Part shown: positions 1-14,215 of the stretch, piece by piece
How positions within the stretch are numbered: the first letter of the stretch is position 1
Layout: every line of letters begins with the position of its first letter
Assembly (NCBI RefSeq): GCF_055900595.2
Contig: NZ_CM148325.1
DNA length: 64,000 nucleotides
Strand: one strand, 5' to 3'
The notes under the pieces: model-generated
Seen by the model: only the letters and a program-made list of their open reading frames with translations
The model's database searches: none
What the model was told of the DNA's origin: nothing
Position numbers and translations under genes: made by a program

Positions 1-25
1 AGAAAACTCAGCATATTACCTTCCG

Positions 26-883
26 TTAAAGCGTCCTGAATACCAGTAACAACAAGCAAGCAAAGACCGGTACCGCAGCCGTCAGACTATCAATACGATC
101 TAAAATACCACCGTGTCCTGGAATTAAATGACCGCTGTCCTTAATTCCTGCTTCACGCTTAAACATACTCTCGGTCAGATCGCCGAGCACTGAGACTAAC
201 GCTGCGACAATAGAGCAAATGAGTAAGGTGACGGGAGCGATGTCGAGATTCGCCCACATGCCATAACCCCATGAGATTACCGCTGCAGTCGCGAGTCCAC
301 CGATAAAGCCTTGCCAGGTTTTACCCGGAGAAACCTTCGGTGCCAGCTTATGTTTACCAAACAATTTGCCAAACATATATGCGCCAGAGTCAGCGCCCCA
401 TACCAGGATCATGACATAGAGCAGCCATATTGCGCCACTGTAATGATTCTCGTCGTAGTGCCAGGCCCGTAACGCCAGCATGCCCCAGAAGAAGGGAACA
501 ATGGTTAGCACGCCAAAAATAATGCGCAATGTTTTAGAGTTACGCCAGATTGCTGCGGAACCTGGGTAAAACAGCACCAGCAATAGCGCGACAATCCACC
601 AACCCAGCGAAGCCCAAAGTGAGATTTCAACCAGCGGTTGATGAATATTTCGGTGATATTCCGGCAACAGAAAAAGCATCAGCGCCAACAATAACCCACA
701 TAACACCGCCAACCATACTCGCTGCGAGCGAGTGGTAAAACCGCTAAGCTGTCCCCATTCCCACGCTGCCAGCATACAGACCACCAGCGTTACAATGGCG
801 AACCCCACCGGCGGCAACAGAAACAACGCCGCGATGACGACGGGTATTAACACAAAAGCAGATATCAGGCGATACTTCAGCAA
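26..883 (-). CDS. cdsA: CDP-diglyceride synthase (phosphatidate cytidylyltransferase)
   Basis: 285-aa membrane-protein ORF, N-term MLKYRLISAFVLIPVV; sits immediately downstream of uppS as in E. coli. Confidence 0.9.
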   Translation of the reverse strand: MLKYRLISAFVLIPVVIAALFLLPPVGFAIVTLVVCMLAAWEWGQLSGFTTRSQRVWLAVLCGLLLALMLFLLPEYHRNIHQPLVEISLWASLGWWIVALLLVLFYPGSAAIWRNSKTLRIIFGVLTIVPFFWGMLALRAWHYDENHYSGAIWLLYVMILVWGADSGAYMFGKLFGKHKLAPKVSPGKTWQGFIGGLATAAVISWGYGMWANLDIAPVTLLICSIVAALVSVLGDLTESMFKREAGIKDSGHLIPGHGGILDRIDSLTAAVPVFACLLLLVFRTL

Positions 884-895
884 AAGCGACCCCCA

Positions 896-1657
896 TCAGG
901 CTGTTTCATCACCGGGCTCGGTGCCGCCGAAACGACGCTCTCGATTAGCAAAGGCATTTAACGCCCCTTCAAAGTCTTGTTCATCGAAATCGGGCCAGAG
1001 AACATCTGTAAAGTAAAGTTCGGCATAGGCAATTTGCCAAAGCAAAAAGTTACTAATGCGATGCTCCCCCCCAGTCCTAATTACTAAATCTACAGGGGCC
1101 AGTTCATGCATACAGACATGCTGGTTTAGCATCTCTTCATCTATCTGATCTGGTTGCAGGTTTCCTTGCTGCACCTTTTCAGCCAGTTGCCTGACTCCCT
1201 GGACTATATCCCAACGTCCACCGTAGTTCGCCGCAATATTCAGCGTTAGACCGGTATTTCCGGCTGTTAGCGCTTCCGATTTACGAATACGTTCTTGCAA
1301 ACGCGAGTTAAAGCGACTGGTATCGCCAATAATACGCAGACGTACGTTATGTCGGTGCAGGCTTTTTACTTCGCTATCGAGCGCCCAAACAAACAGTTCC
1401 ATTAACGCACTGACTTCCTGCGCTGGTCGGTTCCAGTTTTCACTACTAAAGGCATACAGCGTTAACGCCTCAATACCGTTGTTGGCCGCAAAAGAGACAG
1501 CCCGGCGGACGGATTTTGCCCCGGCTTTATGCCCAAAGGCACGAATCTTCCCTTGCTTTTTTGCCCAGCGACCATTGCCGTCCATAATGATCGCAACATG
1601 ACGACAGCCATGTACTGGCAATTTTTCGCTAAGTGGTTGAGTAGCAGACAACATCAC
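896..1657 (-). CDS. uppS: undecaprenyl diphosphate synthase
   Basis: 253-aa ORF with cis-prenyltransferase motifs (HVAIIMDGNGRWA); between dxr and cdsA. Confidence 0.9.
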   Translation of the reverse strand: MMLSATQPLSEKLPVHGCRHVAIIMDGNGRWAKKQGKIRAFGHKAGAKSVRRAVSFAANNGIEALTLYAFSSENWNRPAQEVSALMELFVWALDSEVKSLHRHNVRLRIIGDTSRFNSRLQERIRKSEALTAGNTGLTLNIAANYGGRWDIVQGVRQLAEKVQQGNLQPDQIDEEMLNQHVCMHELAPVDLVIRTGGEHRISNFLLWQIAYAELYFTDVLWPDFDEQDFEGALNAFANRERRFGGTEPGDETA

Positions 1658-1712
1658 GCGTTTCTTATTCCCTGACAGGGTTTACGGTACTCAGGAATAC
1701 TGAAGCCTATAC

Positions 1713-1738
1713 AAAAAAAAGCCGTGTAAAACCACGGC
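1713..1738 (-). terminator. intrinsic terminator after dxr
   Basis: Minus strand GCCGTG-GTTTTA-CACGGC followed by TTTTTTTT. Confidence 0.75.
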
Positions 1739-1841
1739 ATACCTGACCTTATAAGCCAACTACTTATGGTCAGATGGCGCAGACTATATCACTGAAGCCC
1801 TACGCTAACAAATAGCACGACTCTCTGTAGCCGGATTATCC

Positions 1842-3038
1842 TCAGCTTGCGAGACGCGTCACCTCTTTTCTGGCGACTTCACGCGCGTTCGTATCAACAG
1901 ATAACACATCGTCCACGCATTGTGGTTCGCGCATATCCATTTTTTCCAGTACGGATAAATTCAACGCGGCGATATCCGTAAAGCGGATTTGTTGCGCAAG
2001 AAAGGCTGCAACGGTGATTTCGTTTGCGGCATTCAATGCAGTCGTCGCAGCCTGGCCTTGTTCGAACGCGTCCATTGCCAGTTTAAGGCATGGATAGCGA
2101 TCATAATCCGGTGCGGCAAATGTCAACGCACTGAGTTTGCAAAAATCCAGCGGCTTCACACCAGAGTTCACGCGATTCGGCCAGGCCATGGTGTGGGCAA
2201 TTGGCGTACGCATATCCGGTTCACCCAACTGCGCCAGAACACTGCCGTCCTGATAACGCACCATTGAGTGAATCACTGACTGCGGATGAATCAGCACTTC
2301 CATCTGGCTGGCACTGGCGCTAAACAACCAACGCGCTTCAATGTATTCCAGACCTTTGTTCATCATGGTAGCCGAATCGACAGAAATTTTACGCCCCATC
2401 GACCAGTTCGGATGACGGCAGGCTTGATCCGGCGTCATTGTTGCCAAATCGCGCAATGGCGTCTCACGGAAAGGGCCACCAGACCCGGTAAGCAAAATGG
2501 ACACCACGCCATTTTGCTCAAGGTCAGCGTATCCCAGATTATGCTGGATAGGTTGCGGTAAACTCTGAAAAATGGCGTTATGTTCGCTATCGACTGGTAA
2601 CAATTGCGCTTTGCTCTGCTTTACGGCGTCCATAAACAGACGTCCGCAAGTGACCAGTGATTCTTTATTGGCCAGCAAAATGGTTTTACCCGCGCGGATC
2701 GCAGCAAGCGTAGGTAACAGCCCAGCAGCGCCAACAATGGCTGCCATCACCTGATCAACATCCTCAAGCGCTGCCATATCGCAAGCGGCTTGTTGCCCAC
2801 TTAAGACTTCGGTGCGGCTACCCTGTTGCTGTAGCATCGTTTTAAGAAGTTTCGCACTCGCTTCATCGTCCATTACGGCATAGCGGGGAGAGAATTCCAG
2901 GCACTGCTCTACCATGCGAGTGACATTTTTGCCTGCCACCAGCGCAACTACGCGGAAGTGTTCGGGATTATGGCGCACCACGTCCAGCGTGCTGCAACCA
3001 ATCGAGCCGGTCGAGCCCAGAATGGTGAGTTGCTTCAT
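1842..3038 (-). CDS. dxr: 1-deoxy-D-xylulose 5-phosphate reductoisomerase
   Basis: 398-aa ORF, N-term [21 protein letters not shown] (NADPH-binding motif); synteny frr-dxr-uppS. Confidence 0.92.
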   Translation of the reverse strand: MKQLTILGSTGSIGCSTLDVVRHNPEHFRVVALVAGKNVTRMVEQCLEFSPRYAVMDDEASAKLLKTMLQQQGSRTEVLSGQQAACDMAALEDVDQVMAAIVGAAGLLPTLAAIRAGKTILLANKESLVTCGRLFMDAVKQSKAQLLPVDSEHNAIFQSLPQPIQHNLGYADLEQNGVVSILLTGSGGPFRETPLRDLATMTPDQACRHPNWSMGRKISVDSATMMNKGLEYIEARWLFSASASQMEVLIHPQSVIHSMVRYQDGSVLAQLGEPDMRTPIAHTMAWPNRVNSGVKPLDFCKLSALTFAAPDYDRYPCLKLAMDAFEQGQAATTALNAANEITVAAFLAQQIRFTDIAALNLSVLEKMDMREPQCVDDVLSVDTNAREVARKEVTRLAS

Positions 3039-3065
3039 GAAACATCCAGAGTTGAGACAGAATAA

Positions 3066-3117
3066 AAAGCAAAACGCCGCCAGCCGATCCGCAAGGATCT
3101 ACTGAGCGGCGTTTTTT
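3066..3117 (-). terminator. stem-loop terminator after frr
   Basis: AAAACGCCGC ... GCGGCGTTTT long hairpin with U tracts on both strands. Confidence 0.6.
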
Positions 3118-3130
3118 GTCGTTCAAGAAA

Positions 3131-3688
3131 TCAGAACTGCATCAGTTCTGCTTCTTTGTCTGCCAGCGCCGCTTCAATTTTCTTGATTGCAGCATCAGTC
3201 AGTTTCTGTACATCGTCCTGAGAACGGCGATCGTCGTCTTCGCTGATCTCTTTATCTTTCAACAGTGCTTTCACTTTGTCGTTCGCGTCACGACGCACGT
3301 TACGTACTGCAACACGCGCTTGTTCTGCTTCACCACGAACGATTTTGGTCAGATCTTTACGACGTTCTTCCGTCAGCGGCGGCAGCGGAACACGAATGTC
3401 GCTACCCGCAGAGTTCGGGTTCAGGCCAAGATCGGACGCCATAATCGCTTTTTCAACGGCCGGAGACATTGAACGATCAAACACGTTGATTTTCAGAGTA
3501 CGGGAATCTTCTACCGTTACGCTTGCCAGCTGACGCAGCGGCGTCGGCGTGCCGTAATATTCCACGACAATGCCATCCAGCAGGCTGGGAGAAGCACGAC
3601 CCGTGCGTATTTTGCTGATTTGGGTTTTGAACGCTTCTACGCATTTGTCCATGCGTACTTCAGCATCTTTTCTGATATCGCTAATCAC
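3131..3688 (-). CDS. frr: ribosome recycling factor
   Basis: 185-aa [24 protein letters not shown]; synteny pyrH-frr. Confidence 0.92.
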
Positions 3689-3979
3689 GTTACGAATCCT
3701 TGAAAACTTGTCTCAGTCAGACCAGACAGTCACACACAGTGGAAGTGTGCTAAGTATAGCCCTGATTAAACATATTACGGGTAATCGTCTGGATTATTAG
3801 GCTATTTTATTTGCCATTTTGGCACCGGGCAGTGCTCGCCATCCTCACGTACTTGTGTACGCTCCGGTTGCTGCGCGCTGGCCGTGACCAAACTACCTGC
3901 AACAATAACGCCTTATAACCAGACTTACGCCCCCGCGATACTTACGCGGAATCTTACCCTTATTTATCCATCACGGGAA

Positions 3980-4705
3980 TTATTCCGTGATTAAAGTCCC
4001 TTCTTTTTCACCCATTACCACACGGCGCAGCGCACCCGGTTTGTTCATGTTGAAAACACGAATCGGTAATTTATGGTCACGAGCCAGCGTGAAGGCCGCC
4101 AGGTCCATGACTTTCAGCTCTTTTTCCAGCACTTCGCTGTAAGTCAGTTGCTCGTACATCGTTGCGGTTGGATCTTTCGCCGGATCAGCAGTAAACACGC
4201 CGTCAACTTTGGTTGCTTTCAACACCACATCAGCTTCAATTTCGATACCACGCAGGCAAGCTGCAGAGTCGGTGGTAAAGAACGGGTTACCTGTACCGGC
4301 GGAGAGGATCACCACACGATTGTTGCGCAACAGGCTAATCGCTTCTGCCCAGCTGTAGCTGTCGCACACGCCATTCAATGGAATAGCGGACATCAGACGA
4401 GCGTTCACATAGGCGCGGTGCAGTGCATCACGCATTGCCAGGCCGTTCATTACGGTCGCCAGCATCCCCATGTGGTCGCCCACAACGCGGTTCATACCCG
4501 CTTTCGCCAGACCAGCGCCACGGAACAGGTTACCCCCACCAATCACCACACCAACCTGAATACCCAGTTCAACCAGTTCTTTGATTTCCTGAGCCATGCG
4601 ATCCAGTATGCTTGCATCAATACCGAAGCCTTCCGTGCCCTGCAGAGCTTCGCCACTCAACTTAAGCAGAATGCGTTTATAGACGGGTTTTGCATTGGTA
4701 GCCAT
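3980..4705 (-). CDS. pyrH: UMP kinase
   Basis: 241-aa [24 protein letters not shown]; synteny tsf-pyrH-frr. Confidence 0.92.
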   Translation of the reverse strand: MATNAKPVYKRILLKLSGEALQGTEGFGIDASILDRMAQEIKELVELGIQVGVVIGGGNLFRGAGLAKAGMNRVVGDHMGMLATVMNGLAMRDALHRAYVNARLMSAIPLNGVCDSYSWAEAISLLRNNRVVILSAGTGNPFFTTDSAACLRGIEIEADVVLKATKVDGVFTADPAKDPTATMYEQLTYSEVLEKELKVMDLAAFTLARDHKLPIRVFNMNKPGALRRVVMGEKEGTLITE

Positions 4706-4814
4706 GTTTCTTTCCTGAGACTGTCAACGATTGAAATGAATTAATACCGGCGACATTGTACGTCGCTTTTCAGCGCAGCCCCATAAGGGTTAGCTGAATT
4801 TACAAGATGGGCGC

Positions 4815-4839
4815 AAAAAGAAGCCGCCCTCAGGCGGCT
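4815..4839 (-). terminator. intrinsic terminator after tsf
   Basis: Minus strand GCCGCC-TGAG-GGCGGC followed by TTCTTTTTG. Confidence 0.7.
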
Positions 4840-4851
4840 CCTTTTCGATAA

Positions 4852-5703
4852 TTAAGACTGCTTGGACATCGCAGCAACTTCTGCTGCAAAGTCAGTCTCA
4901 ACTTTCTCGATGCCTTCACCTACTTCGAAGCGGATGAAGCCAGTCACTTCAGCGTTATGCTCTTTCAGCAGCTGACCAACAGTTTTGCTTGGTTCCATAA
5001 CGAACGGCTGACCGGTCAGAGAAACTTCGCCGGTGAATTTCTTCATGCGGCCTTCAACCATTTTCTCTGCGATTTCTTTCGGCTTACCAGACTGCATCGC
5101 GATATCCAGCTGAACCTGGTATTCTTTCTCTACCACTTCAGCGGAAACGTCTTCCGGTTTGATGAATTCTGGTTTGCTTGCAGCAACGTGCATAGCGATG
5201 TGTTTAACCAGCTCTTCGTCAGCGCCTTTAGCAGCAACCAGAACGCCGATACGCGCACCGTGCTGATAAGAACCCAGAACGTCGCCTTCCAGCGCAGCAA
5301 CGCGGCGAATGTTGATGTTTTCACCGATTTTCGCTACCAGCGCAACACGTTCTTCTTCGAACTGTGCTTTCAGAACTTCAACGTCAGTGATTTTGCCAGC
5401 AACAGCTGCGTCCAGAACTTTGTCTGCGAACGCCTGGAAACCAGCGTCTTTTGCAACGAAGTCAGTCTGGCAGTTAACTTCCAGAATGATGCCGTAGTTG
5501 CCGTCGATTTTGGTTTTGATCACGCCGTCAGCAGCAACGTTGCCTGCTTTTTTCGCTGCTTTAATAGCACCGGACTTACGCATGTTTTCGATTGCCAGCT
5601 CGATGTCGCCGTTAGCTTCAGTCAGTGCTTTTTTGCAATCCATCATGCCTGCGCCAGTACGCTCACGCAGCTCTTTTACCAGGGATGCGGTAATTTCAGC
5701 CAT
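4852..5703 (-). CDS. tsf: elongation factor Ts
   Basis: 283-aa [30 protein letters not shown]; downstream of rpsB. Confidence 0.92.
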
Positions 5704-5761
5704 TCTAAAATCCTCGGAGATGTGATCTGCCCGGCATTAAACCGCACAGATATAAAAGTGA

Positions 5762-5788
5762 AAAAGGGGGCCATATGCAGGCCCCCTA
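5762..5788 (-). terminator. rpsB-tsf intercistronic hairpin (partial terminator/attenuator)
   Basis: Minus strand AGGGGGCC-TGCATAT-GGCCCCCT followed by TTTTT, between the rpsB stop and tsf start. Confidence 0.65.
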
Positions 5789-5960
5789 ACCAAACGTGTA
5801 CTACCTGGTCTATAAGGGCTCTCCCCCTTCATATTTCGCGCCGCAGATGCGTTGTCTTCGCTCGCTCATCCCGGTCACTTACTGATGTAAGCTCCCGGGA
5901 ATTCTCGAGCTTGCCGCCTTTCTGCAACTCGAACTATTTTGGGGGAGTTATCAAGCCTTA

Positions 5961-6908
<948 letters not shown>

Positions 6909-7053
6909 TCAGACGATGAATTTTCTATTATAGAAAACGTTCAGTGGCACGTTTGGCGAAATTCAGAATGATTCTCAATTTGCCCGGGTGTGATACCATT
7001 GACGACACTTACATATATATTGTCGGTATCACCGACGCTGATGGACAGAATTA

Positions 7054-7848
7054 ATGGCTATCTCAATCAAGACCCCAGAAGATATCGAAAAAATGCGCGT
7101 CGCTGGCCGACTGGCTGCCGAAGTGCTGGAAATGATCGAACCGTATGTTAAACCGGGCGTCAGCACCGGCGAGCTGGATCGCATCTGTAATGATTACATT
7201 GTTAATGAACAACACGCGGTTTCTGCCTGCCTCGGCTATCACGGCTATCCGAAATCCGTTTGCATCTCTATTAATGAAGTGGTGTGCCACGGTATCCCGG
7301 ACGACGCCAAGCTGCTGAAAGATGGCGATATCGTTAACATTGATGTCACCGTAATCAAAGATGGTTTCCACGGCGACACCTCAAAAATGTTTATCGTCGG
7401 TAAGCCAACCATCATGGGCGAACGTCTGTGCCGCGTAACGCAAGAGAGTCTTTACCTGGCGCTGCGCATGGTAAAACCGGGCATTAATCTGCGCGAAATC
7501 GGCGCGGCAATTCAGAAATTTGTCGAAGCAGAAGGCTTCTCCGTCGTTCGTGAATATTGCGGACACGGTATTGGTCGCGGCTTCCATGAAGAACCGCAGG
7601 TGCTGCATTATGACTCCCGTGAAACCAACGTCGTGCTGAAGCCGGGAATGACCTTCACCATCGAGCCAATGGTCAACGCGGGCAAAAAAGAGATCCGCAC
7701 CATGAAAGATGGCTGGACGGTAAAAACCAAAGATCGCAGCTTGTCTGCACAATATGAGCATACTATTGTGGTGACCGATAACGGCTGCGAAATTCTGACG
7801 CTACGCAAGGATGACACCATCCCGGCGATAATCTCGCACGAAGAATAA
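7054..7848 (+). CDS. map: methionine aminopeptidase
   Basis: 264-aa ORF, MAISIKTPEDIEKMRVAGRLAAEVLEMIEPYVKPG; divergent from rpsB. Confidence 0.92.
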   Translation: MAISIKTPEDIEKMRVAGRLAAEVLEMIEPYVKPGVSTGELDRICNDYIVNEQHAVSACLGYHGYPKSVCISINEVVCHGIPDDAKLLKDGDIVNIDVTVIKDGFHGDTSKMFIVGKPTIMGERLCRVTQESLYLALRMVKPGINLREIGAAIQKFVEAEGFSVVREYCGHGIGRGFHEEPQVLHYDSRETNVVLKPGMTFTIEPMVNAGKKEIRTMKDGWTVKTKDRSLSAQYEHTIVVTDNGCEILTLRKDDTIPAIISHEE

Positions 7849-7853
7849 GATGA

Positions 7854-7877
7854 AGCCGGCGAATGCCGGCTTTTTTA
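7854..7877 (+). terminator. intrinsic terminator after map
   Basis: Hairpin AGCCGGC-GAAT-GCCGGCT followed by TTTTTT. Confidence 0.7.
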
Positions 7878-7891
7878 ATACGATAATTTAA

Positions 7892-10582
<2,691 letters not shown>

Positions 10583-10612
10583 TGTGTTTACTGATATGAA
10601 AAGAGTTTAACA

Positions 10613-11437
10613 ATGCAGCAGTTACAGAACATTATTGAAACCGCTTTTGAACGCCGTGCCGAGATCACCCCAGCCAATGCAGACACCGTTACCCGCGAAG
10701 CGGTAAATCAGGTGATCGCCCTGCTGGATTCCGGCGCACTGCGTGTTGCGGAAAAAATTGACGGTCAGTGGGTGACGCATCAGTGGTTGAAAAAAGCGGT
10801 GCTGCTCTCTTTCCGTATTAATGATAATCAGGTGATCGAAGGGGCAGAAAGCCGCTACTTCGACAAAGTGCCGATGAAATTCGCTAACTACGATGAAGCA
10901 CGTTTCCAGAAAGAAGGCTTCCGCGTCGTGCCACCAGCGGCAGTGCGTCAGGGCGCGTTCATTGCCCGTAACACCGTGCTGATGCCGTCTTACGTCAACA
11001 TCGGCGCATATGTTGATGAAGGCACCATGGTTGATACCTGGGCGACCGTCGGTTCCTGTGCGCAGATTGGTAAAAACGTCCACCTTTCCGGTGGCGTGGG
11101 TATCGGCGGCGTGCTGGAGCCGCTGCAGGCTAACCCGACCATTATTGAAGATAACTGCTTCATCGGCGCACGCTCTGAAGTGGTTGAAGGGGTGATTGTC
11201 GAAGAAGGTTCCGTCATCTCTATGGGCGTATACATTGGTCAGAGCACCCGTATTTACGACCGTGAAACCGGCGAAATCCACTACGGTCGCGTTCCGGCTG
11301 GTTCGGTGGTTGTGTCAGGTAATCTGCCGTCGAAAGATGGCAAATACAGCCTCTACTGTGCGGTTATCGTTAAGAAAGTTGACGCGAAAACTCGCGGCAA
11401 AGTCGGCATTAACGAACTGCTACGCACCATCGACTAA
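10613..11437 (+). CDS. dapD: tetrahydrodipicolinate N-succinyltransferase
   Basis: 274-aa [51 protein letters not shown], hexapeptide repeats. Confidence 0.92.
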
Positions 11438-11448
11438 AAGTCAGTACA

Positions 11449-11477
11449 CGGGCAGCATGAAGCTGCCCGTTTTTTTA
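11449..11477 (+). terminator. intrinsic terminator after dapD
   Basis: Hairpin ACGGGCAGC-ATGAA-GCTGCCCGT followed by TTTTTTT. Confidence 0.75.
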
Positions 11478-11486
11478 CAGGGATGA

Positions 11487-12302
11487 ATGATGATCACACG
11501 CAGGCGTTTTTTACAGGCTGCCGCCGCGACGTTAACGGTGAGTTCAGGTTTCGGTTATATGCATTACCTGGAACCCGGCTGGCTTGAATTAAGCCATCAC
11601 CGCTTCGCCTTTTTTGAAGAAAAAGCCGCACCATTCAAAATTCTGTTTCTGGCCGATCTCCATTACTCTCGTTTTGTTCCTTTAAGCCTGATTTCTGACG
11701 CTATTGCCCTTGGCGTAGCGCAAAAACCTGATTTGATTTTGCTGGGTGGCGATTATGTTTTATTTGATATGCCGCTGAATTTTTCGGCGTTCAGTGACGT
11801 ACTCTCTCCCCTTGCCAAATGTGCACCGACATTTGCCTGTTTTGGCAATCACGATCACCCCGTGGGTACAGAGAAAAATCGCTTAATTGGCGAGGCGTTA
11901 AAATCGGCGGGGATCACTGTGTTGTTTAACCAGGCAACGGTAATCGCCACATCAAAACGGCAATTTGAACTGGTTGGCACTGGTGATTTATGGGCCGGAC
12001 AATGCAAACCACCTCCCGCCAGCGAAGCAAATCTGCCTCGTCTGGTGCTGGCACATAATCCCGACAGCAAAGAAGTCATACGTGATGAACCCTGGGATCT
12101 GATGCTGTGCGGCCATACTCACGGCGGGCAACTGCGCGTACCGTTGGTTGGTGAACCTTTTGCCCCTGTCGAAGATAAACGTTACGTCGCCGGATTAAAT
12201 GCCTTTGGCGAACGACACATCTACACAACCCGTGGCGTGGGCAGTTTGTATGGTTTGCGTCTGAACTGCCGCCCGGAAGTAACGATGCTGGAACTGGTGT
12301 AG
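11487..12302 (+). CDS. yaeI: metallophosphoesterase (calcineurin-like phosphodiesterase), Tat-type signal
   Basis: 271-aa ORF, RRRFLQAAAATL twin-arginine motif, GNHDHP and GHTHGGQ metallophosphatase motifs. Confidence 0.8.
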   Translation: MMITRRRFLQAAAATLTVSSGFGYMHYLEPGWLELSHHRFAFFEEKAAPFKILFLADLHYSRFVPLSLISDAIALGVAQKPDLILLGGDYVLFDMPLNFSAFSDVLSPLAKCAPTFACFGNHDHPVGTEKNRLIGEALKSAGITVLFNQATVIATSKRQFELVGTGDLWAGQCKPPPASEANLPRLVLAHNPDSKEVIRDEPWDLMLCGHTHGGQLRVPLVGEPFAPVEDKRYVAGLNAFGERHIYTTRGVGSLYGLRLNCRPEVTMLELV

Positions 12303-12463
12303 AACGTGAATTTTATCGCCAGAATAAAGCAGGTAATTTTTTGATTTTTACGCCATGATAGAAGTCTGGAAGAAAAAGGCTTTCTGCGATCACAGTCGAG
12401 CCGGGCAGGCCAGGCCAAATGCTAAAATAAGCACAATTTACTGACTCATTTTGAGGTAACGCT

Positions 12464-12850
12464 ATGTACGACAATCTGAAAAGTCTGGGTATTACCAATC
12501 CTGAAGAAATTGATCGTTACAGCCTCCGGCAGGAAGCCAACAACGATATTCTGAAAATCTATTTCCAGAAAGACAAAGGCGAGTTTTTCGCCAAGAGCGT
12601 GAAGTTTAAATATCCGCGTCAGCGTAAAACGGTCGTCGCTGATGGTGTGGGTCAGGGTTATAAAGAAGTCCAGGAAATCAGCCCGAATCTACGGTATATC
12701 ATTGATGAGCTAGATCAAATCTGCCAGCGTGACCGCAGCGAAGTTGATCTTAAGCGTAAGATCCTCGACGACTTACGTCACCTGGAGTCAGTAGTAACCA
12801 ATAAGATCAGCGAGATTGAAGCCGATCTGGAAAAACTGACGCGTAAATAA
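12464..12850 (+). CDS. yaeH: UPF0325 family protein
   Basis: 128-aa [37 protein letters not shown]; position between yaeI and cdaR. Confidence 0.8.
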   Translation: MYDNLKSLGITNPEEIDRYSLRQEANNDILKIYFQKDKGEFFAKSVKFKYPRQRKTVVADGVGQGYKEVQEISPNLRYIIDELDQICQRDRSEVDLKRKILDDLRHLESVVTNKISEIEADLEKLTRK

Positions 12851-12863
12851 TGTCATTCTGTGG

Positions 12864-12895
12864 GCCGGGTAAAGTCTCACCCGGCTGTAATTTTG
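12864..12895. terminator. bidirectional hairpin between convergent yaeH and cdaR
   Basis: GCCGGGT-AAAGTCTC-ACCCGGC stem-loop followed by TGTAATTTTGT. Confidence 0.55.
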
Positions 12896-12903
12896 TAATC
12901 GAC

Positions 12904-14061
12904 CTACCGCTCTTCATCCAGTTGTAACGCCACATACAGCAGCAACCTGTCATCAAAATTGCCCAAATCAAGCCCGGTCAGTTCCGATATACGATTAAGC
13001 CGATACTCAAGAGTATTACGATGAATAAACAACGCCTTTGACGTTGCCAGCGGTTGCACATTGTGGCGAAACCACGCCGCCAGCGTTCGCCGCAGCAAGC
13101 CGTTATTGTCCATCGCTTTCAGCCGCGCCAGCGGTCGCGCCAGTTCGTTGGCCTGCCAATCGCCACGCAAACTGTCGAGCAACACAGGCAACATCAAATC
13201 CTGATAAAAATAGCAGCGACTTTCGGGCATCCGCTGTTTACCCACCACCATCGTCGTTTTCGCCGTACGATAAGAGCGGGCAATACTGCCTGGTCCGGTA
13301 AAATAGTTACCCAGCGAAACGCGAAAACGTAGCTGACCATACTCTTTCATGCGGGCAATCAGTTGTTCAACTCGCTTACGATGATCTTCTGCATCCCAGC
13401 GCCCAAACGAATTCAACGCCGGTTTCAACACCACCATTTCGGTCAGTGAAACAATCGCCACCAGATTATTACGCTCGGGTGTAGTCAGCGCGTTTTGCAG
13501 TTGCTGTAACTCCGCCATTGCGCTATCCACGCCAAGTTGACCGCTATCGACCTCAACAATAGCCACCACTCGCGGTTGATTGAGATCGACCCCCAGCCGT
13601 TGCGCCCAATCAGTAAGTGCGGGAGTATTCTCCTCGGCCTGAAGGAGGTTCATCACCAGTTCTTCCCGCAAACGGCTATCCTGCGCCAACAGGTGCATCA
13701 ACCGCGACTGTTCCAGCATCATTTCAGCCGTCATGCAGACCAGTTCGCCATATTTACGCAGATTCTCTGGTTCACCTGTCAGGCCAATTACGCCGACAAT
13801 TTCACCTTCCAGCCGTAACGGTAGATTAATCCCCTGCCGCACACCGTGCAGATGACGTGCCACCGCGTCATCGATATCGACGACTCGTCCCTGTGAAAGT
13901 ACCAGCAATGCACCTTCGTGCAATTCACCAATACGCTCACGATCGCCGCTGCCGATAATACGCCCGCGGGCATCCATTACGTTAATATTGGTATCAATGA
14001 TGCGCATGGTGCGCGCCACGATATCCTGCGCCATTTTGGTATCAAGATGCCAGCCAGCCAT
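12904..14061 (-). CDS. cdaR: carbohydrate diacid regulator (CdaR/SdaR family transcriptional activator)
   Basis: ORF of 391 aa; start set at internal MAGWHLDTKMAQDIVARTMRII to give 385 aa; C-terminal HTH (PucR-like). Confidence 0.85.
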   Translation of the reverse strand: MAGWHLDTKMAQDIVARTMRIIDTNINVMDARGRIIGSGDRERIGELHEGALLVLSQGRVVDIDDAVARHLHGVRQGINLPLRLEGEIVGVIGLTGEPENLRKYGELVCMTAEMMLEQSRLMHLLAQDSRLREELVMNLLQAEENTPALTDWAQRLGVDLNQPRVVAIVEVDSGQLGVDSAMAELQQLQNALTTPERNNLVAIVSLTEMVVLKPALNSFGRWDAEDHRKRVEQLIARMKEYGQLRFRVSLGNYFTGPGSIARSYRTAKTTMVVGKQRMPESRCYFYQDLMLPVLLDSLRGDWQANELARPLARLKAMDNNGLLRRTLAAWFRHNVQPLATSKALFIHRNTLEYRLNRISELTGLDLGNFDDRLLLYVALQLDEER

Positions 14062-14215
14062 AAGTCCTCCGTTATGCACGGCTTAGCATAAGGAAGTACG
14101 TAACGTACGGCATTGTGCAAATGCCCAAAGGATGAGGAAGATGTATGGAGTTGTGGTGAAGTTCACAGATTGTAAGGAGAACCCCTTCCCGTTTTCAGGA
14201 AGGGGTTGAGGGAGA

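Noticed and set aside
1-25. Fragment beyond the cdsA stop that should contain the start of the next gene (rseP in K-12) on the minus strand
   Set aside because: Only a few codons are present; too little sequence to call
4073-4744. 223-aa ORF on the plus strand
   Set aside because: Antisense to pyrH
10622-11281. 219-aa ORF on the minus strand
   Set aside because: Antisense to dapD
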